NCBI GenBank assembly: GCA_030295235.1
Contig: AP026124.1
Coordinates: 558,001-622,000, forward strand
From: Fistulifera solaris
Lineage: Eukaryota
DNA: 64,000 nucleotides
Direction of reading: 5' to 3'
A model generated the notes under the pieces. It did no database searches. It was given only the letters and a program-made list of their open reading frames with translations, and had not been told where the DNA came from. The number at the start of each line of letters is the position of its first letter. Within the stretch, counting starts at the first letter, position 1. Below, one piece after another: positions 24,185 to 37,784 of the stretch. A program made the position numbers and the translations under genes.

Positions 24185-25132
24185 ACCTTTTCAGAAGCTT
24201 AAGCACAAGGAAGCTGTATTGTTAGTTTATTTGTGAAAGTATGCTCCAGGAAACAATAAAACAGTATCTCGTTTCGTCTTCTTTCATTCGTTGGCGGCCG
24301 ACGACGTTGTTATTTTGCGCTGTACCTGGTAGCCGCATTATTCGTTACCACAACCTCCGGGACTGACATCGAATTGAGTCGGCGATAAGCAGTACTGGTA
24401 AAAAACTCGGTACGACGTTGCCATCGTCTCAGATGACCCACGACTAGATTTCAGTCACGACCCTCATATCTAGGGCCACAAATGGTAGCGCAACGTGTTG
24501 AATTAGATAAAACGGCGTTGATGGTATCGATACTATCTACCAATTATATTCGAACGCATCATCTCGATTATTTGCGTCGACGAGCTTCTGGATCGTTCAC
24601 TGCCGCGTTGTGTCGTATCAACTTATCCACGACTGGATTTCAGTTATGACCTAACCACTGAAAACGTCGTATTTAGTAATCTACTCCACAAGTCTTCCTT
24701 TACACCAATACTTGCATTGCCACGACATACCATTAATTGAGTGATTGAGTGGGAGAGAAGTCTACCTTTTACCTTATAAGTAGTACATCCGATCCTTGAA
24801 ATTCGATCCGAGGTGATTGCAAGTGATGCTGCAAATACTCCGAAGTAATATCTTATTGATAAAGACAAATCAGACTTGCCAAGCTAGCACAACATAGGTA
24901 AAGCCTAGCTAGGGCATTTTATAATTCATGACTAAAAGTCAGTCGTGGTAAATATGTTTTGACACCCTACACCTTTCAAAGCAATAAAGTATATTGGAAA
25001 GAATACGATTTGGCAAGAATTTTCGACGTCAACTCTCTTAGCGTGATTTACAATAGCGTTGAACATAGAACGAATACAGGTCATCGACGAACATTTAGCC
25101 AAAGCATGGGGACTTCTACGGTATCATTTGTA

Positions 25133-27868
25133 TTACTTGGGCTTCTTCCCAAGTGTGTAAGATGTTTCCAAAAGACCAATCGTCGTGCCGGCTTTATTAT
25201 TTTCTACCTTTGAATCCATAGGAACAGCTACATATTTCTTGTCCTGCAAGAGAATGCCACATGAGACGACACTGAATCGATTACAAAGTATTAGCAACTA
25301 GAGAATACTTACCCAGTTCATGTAGCCTCGACAATCCTTTGCACCGCAGTAGCATGGAATTCTTTTCTTCTCGTCAAATTCCAGTGGAAACTTGTAATCG
25401 TAGCACAGCTCTTCTCCAGCCCTGATATTACGCTTAGCATAGATCACGATCCTCTTACTCCCATCAAGAGTAATGATTTTCGTGTAGCAGTTCGGTTCGC
25501 AGCTTGCGTTTATGAAACGAGCAACGCATCCCAGCTTCGTTGCGTCGCAAACTGTAGTGGCGTCGATACGGAACATGTAATCGCTGCCAATATTTGCCGC
25601 TTCGTATTCTACTTCCCGCTTCTCTGCAACTGAGTTGCCAATAATTTCGCCTCTGTATTCGAGAATCATTTCTCCTGCAGCAATATCCTCGTCCGCAAAT
25701 ACACCCCATGCATGTATACCACTCCGATCAAAACGAAGCTGAGGCTCTCGACACGCTAAAGTGTCAATATTCAGCGCAGTGGATGAACCGATAGAAGCCA
25801 CACTCTTTATCACCCTTCGTTGATTGGCACGCGCAGCACGCCCACTCGTGGTCTTCTCCTCCTTTTCCAAGTCACCACCACCTTTCTCGTCCTCCTTTTC
25901 TCGCAGACTGCGCGGTTTATCTTTTCTTGTTTCATTATGAACAAAACCTTCCCTCTTTTTTATTCTGCTTCTATCATATGGTGTGAAGCGGGCACAAGAC
26001 GGCTGGAAAACTGAAAAGTCTTCTAGTGTCTTTGTCGAATCGGCTTCGTTGGAGCCAATGCCATTTACAATACCACTCAAGCGCCTTTTCTTGTTCTTAG
26101 ATTCGTTGCCTGCGTGCGTTGCAATGTTCTTTGGGGGTCTTCCAGGAGCTGTGCGCTTAAGTTTGGATGGCCCCTTCGGCCTGATTTTCATCGATACGCT
26201 GCCCCTCGCAACCGGAATGGTAGAAGGAGAAATATTCGGTAGGTGGAAATCAAATGCACCAAGTTCGACGATGGTGTCATAGATATGCGAGAATATACTG
26301 TTTTTACGCGATGCACCATTCAGATTCTCTATGCGTGAGCTCATCTCAGCTTCCCAGCCCCTCGATCGATCACCAACACACCATCGGCACTCGCACTTCT
26401 CGATATGAGAAAGAGCACAATTCCCAACAATAGCCAGCTCGCTGTTACAGGTTTGACATAGCCACAACTCATTTCCTCCTATTTGCCGCGATTGATCACC
26501 ACATTGATCGAGCGAAATGATCCGACGACAACGATGACATGTTGGACTTGACTTTAACAATGATTCTCCCGCACTAAGTGATGATGGAAAGTAGACGTTA
26601 CTAGCTTGTGAGTAGGAGTGGGATACGAACAACGCGGACAAAATGTCATTTGAATCCGACTGTCCTCCCTCTGACGCATCGCGTGTCGTGTGAATATTTT
26701 TGCTGATGATAACTAAATGTTCCACAGGCACTTTCAATAAATATTTGCGGTTCCAATCGTGATAGGCTGACGATGCATGGTCATGCGAGAGTCTTCCCGA
26801 GCACGTTTGCTCGGGAAGAAATATTCGTTGAAGAGTTACCATAGCAAGAGTTGAGGTGGCACTGCCATCCGTTGGTGCATTCGACCGTGTAGGCTCCACC
26901 TTGACGACTTCAGCACAAACCCCAGCAGACAGCAATTCAGCATCAAAAGGGTCCTTTTCTTGTTCCGTTCTCGCTGAAAACAACGTTTCATGATACCGAC
27001 TAGCTACCCATTGAAAGTTGATTGTTTGTTGATCAGCTGAATCATTACCGTCGCCCAGATACCGAGCAGCCGTAGATATCGTCTCTTTGCTCTTGCGCCG
27101 TTCTTTCGCCATATTTTCGGTCTGAACAGACTCGGTGTCACTCTTTGAATTTGTTGCTGCTGGTCGATGAAATAGTTTTGTCGGAACAAGCTTTTGTATA
27201 TCCCATCTGGCAAATTTCGTCGAATCCAATTCCTGATTTGGTTGATACTCCATCCACCAAGGTTTTATGAGATTGACAATGACACTGACGGTATCTTTTC
27301 CTCTGATGATCTCTTCCAGTTGCTGTTTCTTTGTTTTCTCCCCAGTTTCCCGCCCTTCGAATCCATTTGCCAGGAACGAAAATCGCCCAGCGTCCTTTTT
27401 GTCAATGAGAAGCTCAACAGTAAAGCTCCGTTTCGTCCCCCGCAATTGTTTTTCCCCGTAGTCTACGAGCCGTATTATTTCGCCCTCTAATAATTTGTCC
27501 CTGCTTTTGGGATTATCTGGTGCTTTTGGAAAGACACATCGTATCCGCTTTCCGATTAAGGTCAAGCCTTCATCCCGCCCGATGCAAGGTTTCGTCCAAG
27601 TCCATGTGAATGCATCATCCCAAGCAATGGATTGTAATAACGAAGCTTCTTCTCCGTTTTCAGCAGACGGTCGTCGTACTACCGATATTCGACAATGTTG
27701 CAATTGCGGTCGAAGTCGGAGGGCAACTACACACCCCGCTTGAATACGAAAAGGTCCAGTCCGCTTCCGCTTCTTTCCGGGCACCACTACTTCAGCCGTA
27801 GTTGCGTTAACAGGTTGTTCTGTACTATCTGTTTTACGGGGTATTTTCCAAGAGCCGTTCGATGTCAT
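25133..27868 (-). CDS. SET1/Trithorax-type histone-lysine N-methyltransferase (H3K4-type SET + post-SET)
   Basis: SGIHAWGVFA, EYRGEII, YMFRID, ARFINASCEPNC, GEELCYDYKF, CYCGAKDCRGYMN; probable last intron 25312-25244 with a short final exon ending at 25133 (unspliced stop at 25298). Confidence 0.88.
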
Positions 27869-28374
27869 GATTGCACGGTAGATGACGCTTTTCCTGAACC
27901 CTTGGTGTAATTTCTCGACACTTTACAATGACGAGTGGCTCATGACGGCTTTTGTCTTAGAAATGAACCGTAAAAACAAGCGGGGGAATCTGTATTGAAC
28001 AGTATTCTGTTTCCGGACTCTCAATTTACGTAGAAAAGTGCTTCCTGTTGAAAGAACGAATGAAAGGATGTGCCTCATTTGCAAATAAGACAACAAGAAA
28101 GGTGCACCGCCGTTCTTTTCCTCCCCACAATACTTTGTACATTGTAAACGGGTGCGCAAGGCGCAGGCGGGATTGTGCTATCCCGACGGTTGGATGACAG
28201 ACATCATTACTTAACCTATTTAAAACAAATCTAATTTTTATCCGCTTAAAGTAATCACTGCTTCCATTGCCTGATCAATGCAGAGTGCTTACTCTTACGC
28301 AGTATTCTGTCTGCATCAGCTCTGCAATTTAAATGCTGCTTAAATAAATATGCACTCAAACTAAGACTCCGATG

Positions 28375-29457
28375 TCATGAATTGTTCGATTCTTGCGCAC
28401 GCTTTTCCAGAGCTTTCAATCGGGCTTGTCTGGCTTCCGCAGCCGAAGTTATTCCACGTCTCGTAGCTCCACCCAATGTTCTTCCTGGACCCACAGGAAG
28501 AGTAGTCGTTGACGATGAAGAAATGGAGTTTTCGTGTTCATCTTCAACTGACCTGGACTGCCCAAACAATGGTAACCTCTACAGGAAGGAAAATTAGAAG
28601 TGCATGATAAGAAACGAAAAGACATCAATAATGGATTGGCCAAGACCTACCATTCCGACAGCATCCGTTTCGCTCCAGGCGCCTGATCCGGCGGCTACAT
28701 GACCTGAAATCCAGCCTGGACGATTCGTCCAGTCATTCAAATACTTGTCTTCCCACGCTTTTGCAGTAACACTATCGACTAACAGATAACGATCTAGCTT
28801 TTGACCGATAGCAGAATTGTCCTCACCATTGCTCGCAAAACCAAGTGCGTACCCCAAACCCATGGATATACCTTGCCCCATCAACACTCCCTGCCCCATC
28901 AGCACAAACAGCAAATATAGCGAAAGTGGATAGTAAAGTACAGGAACGTCTATGACAAAGAGTTTGCGTGTCGATCCTCGTGGTGCGCGGACACATTCCA
29001 TCGACAGAGTACCGAAGAGAATGATCCAAATTCCCGAAGAATCTTGATATAAAAATGAAATTTTACCAAAGAGAACGTACAAAGTGAATGATACCGCAAT
29101 GAAAAGTAAATTGGTCAGAGTGCCTATCATCAAACACAGCCAAACAAACGAAGTTGATCCTAAGCTTTGCTCCAACCGCTTTCCATGATCTTGAAGCGAC
29201 CAAAAGGCGAGAATCAGCGCAAAGAAACTTGAGTTCACCAGAGGACTCAACAAGATTCGATAGATCTCGAACCGCAGTATGGAAAAATGGGGTATATTTC
29301 CTAGTGCGTAATGTGGATCAAAGAACCAGGAGACCATGTAGGAGACAGCCTGAACGATGAGAATGGTCCGCGTCACAAAGGGCGTGGATTGTGAAAACTG
29401 TTCATACGCTTGCACAGCAGGATTGCTAGGCGGAGGTTCGACGTGGCTATTTTGCAT
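28375..29457 (-). CDS. Rhomboid/Derlin-like pseudoprotease with C-terminal p97-binding motifs
   Basis: TPFVTR, FEIYRILLSPL, GKRLEQSLGS, VPVLYYP and multiple TM helices; intron ~28647-28583; tail GPGRTLGG...RRGITSAAEAR. Confidence 0.75.
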
Positions 29458-29605
29458 TCTTTCTGAAAACTCTCTTCGCCAATGATGTTAATAACAACAG
29501 CGGGCAGTAGATTATATAATCCAGTGCAGTTTTGTTCGTTTTTTACGGAGTATTGTTTTTGTCGTCCTTCTTGCCAATATCCGGGTTTCCTCTTTCGACA
29601 TCACT

Positions 29606-29887
29606 GAAGCAATGAGAGCACAAACGTTGTCCACAAACAAAAACCTGAAGTGTATAGTCAAATGCCATGGAAAATGGAAATAGCAATATATAAGCTAATT
29701 GTCATCTTCATTCAAACGCAACTATTTGCGTCGAAAAGCATCCGTATTGTCGACTGCCATTTTTACTATGATGGTAAAGTGTTGGTTGTACGCGATCGCG
29801 ACTAAATTTCAGTCACTTGAAACGCCACCGAAGCAATGAGAGCACAAACCTTGTCCACAAACAAAAGCCTGGAGTGTAGAATCAAAT
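29606..29887. repeat. Imperfect ~58-bp direct repeat (29606-29663 and 29830-29887)
   Basis: GAAGCAATGAGAGCACAAAC(G/C)TTGTCCACAAACAAAA(A/G)CCTG(A/G)AGTGTA...TCAAAT occurs twice. Confidence 0.9.
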
Positions 29888-30303
29888 CCCTCAAAGTAAG
29901 GTTTTACGCGTTGAGGTACGTGAAACCTATGTTGTTACTAGTTGGGTCTCTAGACATTAGACATTCGAAGCATTGCCTCCTTCATGCTTTTTACGTATTG
30001 ATTTCACCTATTTGACGTTTTCCTTCGCGTAATTAAGTATCTTAGTCATCTTGATGTAAGTGATGATGGCTTTGGTGCAAAGAAGACCGATGAATTGATG
30101 CCATGTCCGAACGGGGCGTGCGTGAAATCCGAAATCTACGTAGACAATCGAGTCGTCTGTACTTGGTACGCATTGAAAAGAAAAGCCCCCAAATGGTGCG
30201 ACAATACCAGGTAACGATGCCAGCTCTTTCGTTGATTGCATGTCGTGATTCGTAATGCCTTCAGAAACAACCAGGTAGACTACTTGCACTAACTCACGAA
30301 AAG

Positions 30304-30995
30304 ATGGCGCGTCCAGCAGAGAAAGCGAGAGCCATGCTCAACAAATGGGTCGCCATGCGTGAAGCGGGCAACGTCGATCCAGCGTTGCGGCGCAATCGCA
30401 AACGACCGAATCTAGCGTCGGAGTGTGAGCACTTGGCGGATGCCGAGCGATTTCGAAGTCAGATTGTAAGAGAAATATCCGATAAAATTGCCAAGATTCA
30501 AAATCCTGCACTTGGAGAACATGAGATCCGCGAATTGAACGACGAAATCAATCACAAGCTTCGTGAAAAATGGCACTGGAACAAACGTATACACGAACTC
30601 GGCGGTCTGGATTTCAATGCGATTGAAAGAAAGCGCCAAATTGAAGAAGGAGACACTCAATTGAGTGGATACCGATATTTTGGAGCTGCGAAGGATCTGC
30701 CCGGAGTAAAAGAATTGCTCGAAAAACAAAAAAGCTAAGGAGCAAAAGCGTAATATTGGAGACGTTTACAAGCGTATTCCACCAGATTATTACGGATGGA
30801 GGGATGAGGAGGATGGGGTTCTTCTGAAACTAGAAGAAATTGCGTCGCGGAAATTGGGAGCGAAAAAAGTCACGTGGGGATCTTGATGCTACAGTTGGCG
30901 ATGCAGACTACATCGATGTACCAACTCCAGACGAAATTGCGGGAGCTCTGTTGGAATACAAGAAAAAATCTTTGCTCGAGAAGTATTCGTTGTAA
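30304..30995 (+). CDS. ISY1: Pre-mRNA splicing factor ISY1
   Basis: MARPAEKARAMLNKW, IRELNDEINHKLREKWHW, GYRYFGAAKDLPGVKEL; continues in other frames as DYYGWRDEEDG and KKKSLLEKY; two apparent indels (~30728-30733, ~30863-30879). Confidence 0.9.
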
Positions 30996-31737
30996 ACTGG
31001 GTAAATCAACGGCGCCGGACTCCCGCTGAAACGAAAATTAGAGTAAAAAAGCTAGGTTAAATAGTCTAGATAACGTCAACGTTTACAGTGCTAAAGAAAG
31101 AGATTCAAATAGAATACCGAGTATTCGTTCTGGAGCGAAGTTCAGTGCCACACTATGTCGAAATTACGGGAGCGATTAAAAACCAATTTAAAAGTAACGA
31201 GGAACCGTCGCAACCACCAATACTAGACTAGCTAAAGACAATATGGCTTGGAGACTAGCGTCAACGAGGAAATATTCAATAGTCAATACAGAGTAGATCC
31301 GAACGGTTTGCGATTGTGAGTTTTTATGAAAGGACCGCCAGCAAATACATCATACATAGAGGGTCGACGCCAGGAAAAAAGACACGCTCATCATTATAGT
31401 GATTGCGATCTCTCATTATGAACTAACCCTGCTGAATGCATCTGATATAGATTGAAAGCAGTAGTTGTAATCCCATCCTCGATTTACTCTTATCAAGATT
31501 TCCATCCATTGTAAAGTGCTTACGGATAATCCAGTGTTTATGTTTGATTTTGCCCCGACTGGAATTTAGTCACGAGACACGTTTTTGCGGCATCGCGTCT
31601 TCTTGTACCCTGGTTCTTCGCGAAGCATCTCGCCATGACCTTTCATCATGAGAACTTATTTGCCTAAAAATTGAAACGACACCAGACACGATATCTTCCA
31701 ATACAAGCAGATATCCGGATTTTAAAAGTGGACGCTT

Positions 31738-33329
31738 GTGCAGCAGGTTTACCTTATAGCGCATAATTTCCTTGCCTCTTCCTACGCAGAAACGCCTGGA
31801 CATGTCAATCTTCGTTGGTTACCCTCGAGCGACGCAAGCTTCTCACAAGGTCGAGAAGCCTTACTTTCGCGATCCTCTTTTGCCGTTCTCTGGATCGTAC
31901 ATCTGGTCATTGTTGTTAGCTGCGCCCTATTTCTACGCCCTTCTACGGTGGACGCCGAAAAGAAGGATGACGATGACGGGTACATCGAAACTGCCTTGCT
32001 TTCACTGGCGGTATTGATCGTGCCTTTGGGAGCCGCCTTGATTGCCGTTTGTATGGTCTTTTTATTCATGTCGGCTTATTCGCAACAAGTGATTCGAATG
32101 GCATTCTTCAGTCCTACGATTGCTTCGATTGCAACATGTATGATTGCCACGTACAACATGGGAAGGAGTGCGTTGCCTCTATGGTATGCAACGACAGGGG
32201 TAGCTGCATTTTCTGCTTGTATGTATTTCTGGGTGCGTCGGTATGTCCCGTTTGCTGCTTCCACCTTGAAAGTATCTTTACAAGCGCTGCGCGACAATAA
32301 AGGATTGATTGGTATGGCAATGTTGACATCGACACTGGTCTTTGTATGGTTCACCGTATGGGCCGTGGCGTCGTTGGGAATCTATCAATACCGGCAACGC
32401 CACCCTCGTCCTCCACAAGTTCGTTGGATGCCTTGCGAACACAATCCTAAAAAGCAATGTTCTGAAACGGTTACCAACTACGAGCCATTCTACATCACGG
32501 CGTTCTTGCTGCTTTCATTGTACTGGACGTCACAGGTTTTGTCGAACATTCTTCACACGGCTACAGTGGGCACCGTGGCTTCTTGGTGGACGTCAAAGAC
32601 CAAAAACCAGCGGGTGTTGCGTGAAGCATTGTATCGAGCCTGTACAACATCCTTGGGGAGTATTTGTTTGGGGAGTCTGGTGGTTGCCATCGTTTCAACT
32701 TTAGAAACGATCGTCTCTACGGCAAGCAATACACAAAAGAAAATGGAAGAAAAAGCAGAAGAAGTTCAGAGACGCGAACGTGGACAGCGTCCACGTCGTC
32801 AGCACAGCGGGGCAGCGAATGCAATTGTGAAGCAACTTTGCAGTGGCTTCGTAAAATATCCGAGTACATCAACTCTTGGGCTTTCGTGTACGTCGGATTG
32901 TACGGAGATACTTACTGGACAGCCGGCAAGAAAGTTTCTTCGTCCCTTTTCTCGAAGACAGGACGACTGACGTTCGTGTCCGACCGCCTCGTGTATCGTG
33001 TTCTCGGTCTGATGAAAGTTGCGATTGCTTTACTGAGCGGAGCTCTGTTGGTGGTGACTCAAGTCGCATTTGACTGGACGACCAGCAGTGATATGAATTC
33101 CTCTACTTGGCGTGGTATCATTTTTTCCTCCGGTGTTGTTTTTGGATATTGGATGTCGAGTGTTTCACTCTCTGTCCTCGAAAGCATTTCCCGCACCGTC
33201 ATTGTATGTTTTCTAGAGAATTCCGATGCATTGCAGTCCAGCCATCCTGCTTTGCATAAAGAGCTCCAGCACGGTTGGTCGACAGCTTATCCTAACGCCT
33301 GGAAATCGTTCAAACAGAAAACGCTTTGA
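31738..33329 (+). CDS. Choline transporter-like (CTL/SLC44/PNS1) membrane protein
   Basis: LLSLYWTSQVLSNILHTATVGTVASWW, RACTTSLGSICLGSLVVAIV, YINSWAFVYVGLYG; frameshift at 32809-32812; true start uncertain. Confidence 0.85.
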
Positions 33330-33530
33330 GACTGACACTTGCATATCTAACTAGTAATCGAGCGCACTCGACCTCCTGAAAGCATGACATATTTTGCTGC
33401 ACACGAAACGAGAAACTGCATCTAGACCGACTCGCAGTTCGTTCTCAGATGTCCCTTAAAATTTTAGAAAATCCGATACCAAAGGTTGTTGTGCCGCTAG
33501 TCGATCTTATTGAAATGGTGGTTAGTAAAG

Positions 33531-33587
33531 GGATATTTTAGTTCTTAGTATGAAATGATGCGTACTAAAAGGATATTTTAGTTCTTA
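33531..33587. repeat. 17-bp direct repeat GGATATTTTAGTTCTTA (33531 and 33571)
   Basis: Two exact copies 40 bp apart in intergenic DNA. Confidence 0.8.
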
Positions 33588-33863
33588 TTCGTTTTCATTA
33601 ATTTTCAAATCACGAAAATGCATCTAGATTATACTCCGAGTATACGTCATCGGCATTAGAGACTATGAAAACGACTAAGTCATAGGCCCTAGACACAAAC
33701 GACGACAGACGACAGACGAAAGTGAGGATTGGGCGGAAATTACCACCACGAAAAATAAAATGGGCACAAAACACAAAATGAATTCTGCGATCTTTTGTAG
33801 AATGTCGCACTCGTCGCACAAAATACGAATATCAATGAACAGATAACCGAGAAGAGAGCAATC

Positions 33864-35085
33864 ATGGCTGGATTAAAACGAGATTATGATGTATCTGAGC
33901 CAGACGAAGAGTTGTTTATGGATGATCTAGCTGTAGCCGCAACGTATGCGGTTGCTGCTCCGCCGGTACCCGTGTCGAACGAAGTGCTTGCCACTGACGA
34001 TCAGGACGAGATTGAACTGGAGGATTCCCTTCCTGCAGAGAATACAGAGTCTTTTGGAATAGGTACACCGGAGCTTATCGCAAAGGAGACTGCTGGTACA
34101 GGAGGTCGAGAGAATGGCGAAGACGATGACGAGTCGGATGTTGATTTAGAGGAACAATTACGGCAAATGGTGGACGAGGAAGAAGAAGCTCCAGTATCCA
34201 CAGCGACAGACAGCCGCCCTAGAACGGCACATGAGATCGACCCATACAGTTCGGGCCAGAATGAACTAGAATTTCTTTTGATGTTTCCGAAGAAGAAAGG
34301 CTGAGACTAAAGAATTTAACTTGCAATCATTTGAAAATAGCTGGAAATGTTCGGCATCTTCTGGTGTCTGAGCGGACTGTTGTGGTTCAAAGTAAACCGA
34401 ATGAAGCTGTACTCGAAGAGGGACTATACTTGTTGTTTGCACAACATCACTCGATGAGAATTGCTCCGATTCAAAGATTGTCCCCCTCGGCAGGGTGCTC
34501 GAAGTCTTTGGACCGGTTTCTCAGCCTCTATACAGTGTACGCCTTCCAGAGCCTCTACCAGTTTCAGCAACCGAAACAACGGACGCAAAAGACGCGCGCA
34601 CTGTAAAAAAGAATGATCCGTGGGCCGAAAGCGGCGATTTCACCAACCTTTTGAGACGGGACACTAACGCCTTCCCCATCTACTATGTTCCTGAAGGAGT
34701 TCGAGTAATTGATCCTGCCTTGATCATGAAAGCGAGTGGCCGAGGATCGGATGCTTCTAATTTCTATGATGAAGAAGTGACTAATCCAAATGATCTCGAT
34801 TATTCCGACGACGAGCAAGAACGCGTGGCAAAGCGTAAAGGTCGACAAAACAGACTAGGGATTGACAGCAGCGTTGGTTTTTTTGGAAGCACAAGAGATC
34901 AATATGGCGCGGCAACCGTGGACAATTACTTGGCACCTCAAGGTTTTCATCACATCTCGCAGCGTGAAAACCATATTCATTCGGCGCATAACATGCTCCC
35001 TCGATATCCTGGAGTGGCGTCGAGCAATTCAGGAGCCCAAGCACCGTCCTCTGAGCAAGAAGAATCCGACACGGTTTATTTTTGA
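33864..35085 (+). CDS. NAF1: H/ACA RNP assembly factor NAF1
   Basis: Acidic N-terminus; Gar1-like GRVLEVFGPVSQPLYSVR; GSDASNFYDEE...DYSDDEQE signature; frameshifts near 34276 and 34420. Confidence 0.85.
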
Positions 35086-35101
35086 AGCAAGCAACTCATA
35101 A

Positions 35102-36831
35102 TCATGTCCAAGGGAGCCAATTGGGATGCAAGACGACACCGAGGATATTGTAGAATAAAAAGTATGCGATAATGGCATCTCCAAACCGTCTATCAAGAGC
35201 ACCGGCCAAAAACCAATAGAGCGCAGGACAAGAGCTGCAAATGAGACGCGTGGAAATCTGAACATGAGCTATTGTGAGCGCCAACAGCGTACTAGCTGCC
35301 AAAACCGCATAGAAACCCAAAAGATAAGGGCTCCCTTGCAAGATTTCACCTGGCGTCAAAAGTGGAGCAGTTGGACGCTGTTCGCCACCAAAAGCCTGTA
35401 GTGCATCAACGATCCACGAAATGGTTCGGTTCGACACCGATTTCCGACTATCGCTGAGAAGCGTCCAACTCGTTTTAATCCATGTATTTGAAGCAAGGGC
35501 TGACAGCAATAGAATAGGACCCGCCAGCAAAAAGTTTGGGATCTGCTTGACTTGATAGTATCGTAGAAATCCCACATTCCAATAAGTTTTCTGAACATAA
35601 CCGTACAGATTGAACCACGGCCCTTGTTCGCACCAGGTTGGTCGCACTCCTGTGAATTGCACGCAATGCATCGAGTAGCCGCGAAAATTGTGCCAACCCA
35701 TGCTTCCAAAGGCCACGAGGACAATCAGTAATAGAACGTAACAAGCAGCCAACGACCGACGTAACCAAATCCATCGTCCACGATGTCGTCGAAGAACAAG
35801 ACCCGCCCCGTACAAAAGAAGGAAACCACCATATAAGGTACTGTTGGATCGCGTAAGAGCGGCCAGCCACCAATAGCCGGTAGCTCCTAGCATCGTCCAC
35901 CAAGTAGAAGGGACCATGCCGTTTGGATTAGATACACTATTCGTCAACACCATTTGGAGAGCCCACCGGCATCCACGACAAAGCAGGGCAGCACACAGTG
36001 CCTCGCTGTAAGCTGTTCCGAAAAATACATTTGCCGGGTTGCAAACAAAGAGCAAAGCAACACGTCGCGACCATGTTTCGCAGTCACTTAAAGACAATTT
36101 AGTTTTGTCTTTGTACTTCTCTTGCATTCGATAGTATAATAGAAGAATATCCTTGGTCATAGCATACAAATCCATAGTCACCATAGAAAAGCAGATCGTA
36201 TTCAAGCAAACCGCCGAAAACACCATCAACGACGTACACGTCGAAGGCAAAAGAAAGCGAGGGACCAGATAAGTAAGAATGGCTGCGGTGACTCGAATCA
36301 TGGTAGGAAACAAGGGGAAGAAGGCATGAGCCTGTTCCGACTTTGCGAAATGATGCAAGAGACACACATCGTCTTCGTCGTCCTTGCATTCGTTCTCAAG
36401 CGATGGTTTCCTTGATAGTGGTTCGTATGCAAGATGCAGAAATCGTGCCGCGTCCCACCGAGTCAGTGGCTTTAAGAAGAAAGGATATATTTTATCTTGA
36501 AGTTGAAAAATCGGAAAGGATACTGACGTCTTGGCAATGAGAGACCATTGGCTCTCATTTCGAAAAGGTAAGGAACACGTTTCCCACTCGATCCATCTCG
36601 CGTTCGTGTGCTGGTCATATACAAATTGAGGTCCTTCCAGATGAAACTGCAAAACATCATTGCCTGGATTATGATCCGGAATTATAGCGCACGATAGACT
36701 CATAGCCAGCCAAACGATCAGTCGCCAGGTAATGGCCGTACAGAAAATCTTCTGGCGACTGCATTGATCCGAATAATTCAAAAAGCGCTCCGCGAGACCT
36801 TTCCTTTCGACCGCGGTCTGTGAATACTCAT
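35102..36831 (-). CDS. PIGV: GPI mannosyltransferase 2 (PIG-V/GPI18)
   Basis: RWDAARFL, AFFPLFP, NPANVFFGTAYSEAL, YVQKTYWNVGFLRYY, QIPNFLLA, HVQISTRL, FLPWT-like end (WLPWT); ATG at 36831 is in frame if one base is restored in the run at 36780-36784. Confidence 0.92.
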
Positions 36832-37382
36832 TTTTGTTTGGTAGGTGTTACTGTGAAAGGATTAGCATTACGTTAACGACGATCAATCTGGAAAAATGAA
36901 GATAAACCAGGTACCAGTACAAGTACTTGTACCGTTGCGCTTTTCCCTCGCATTTTTCCTTTTTGCAAAAATGTGGGGAAATTATGGTAAGGCCCCTACG
37001 TGCGGACGGGCGGAAGGACTGAAATCTTGACTCCTAATCCAGTTACCGAATGGACAATCGTAGGAGGGCTCACTCTCCTCTTAGCTTGTAGGTTGTCGAC
37101 CTCCAAGTACTCTCTTGAATATCATTCATCATTCAACATTAAATAATGTTGACAACATTAACAATCCGTGCATCAGTTCTTTGCGTCGAAAGGCGTTCAA
37201 CATTGTTACCTTGAGTGTCGATGTTTTCAGTCGAATCATTATTTTCCCAGCCAGAATCTACCCAACCTTCAATAGATCTGATGGCATGGAAAGCTTCAAA
37301 TGTCTTTCTTATCGAAGACGCAGCTCCAGTAGGATTTGCAATGCGCACTTTGAATCTTTATGAAAGACCATAGACACCGTAG

Positions 37383-37504
37383 CAGAATTTCTGGAATGTA
37401 CACAGAATGTCTGTATGATGAAATACAACGAATCATCCAGAATCACTGGAACGTTCATAGAAGATTTTCAGAATTTCTGGAATACACACAGAATGTCTGT
37501 GTGA
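37383..37504. repeat. 36-bp imperfect direct repeat (37383-37418 and 37469-37504)
   Basis: CAGAATTTCTGGAAT(GT/AC)ACACAGAATGTCTGT(A/G)TGA twice, in the divergent PIG-V/ABC1K spacer. Confidence 0.85.
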
Positions 37505-37784
37505 CCAAATACATCGTCTCATCGTCTCCAAACCTAACCAAGAACCAAGATTAGTGGAAACAAGTTTTGAACAACGGTATTAGTACCACTACTAGCAAGC
37601 TATTTTGTAGTAGTAAATACTCCGTACTTCGTATTGCACTGGTACTCCCCGTGGCCCCTTTCTCATTCTCGGAGAATAATGAATCAGTCCCCCCTTTTTC
37701 ATTTCATTGCAATGCATTTACTGTGTTGTTGATTCCTTTCATAAACACGTAATCATTCATATAACTCAACAATATTTAATCCAA

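Noticed and set aside
24240..25130. Short ORFs or a hidden element between PRP5 and the SET gene
   Set aside because: No motif, repeat or structure that I could support
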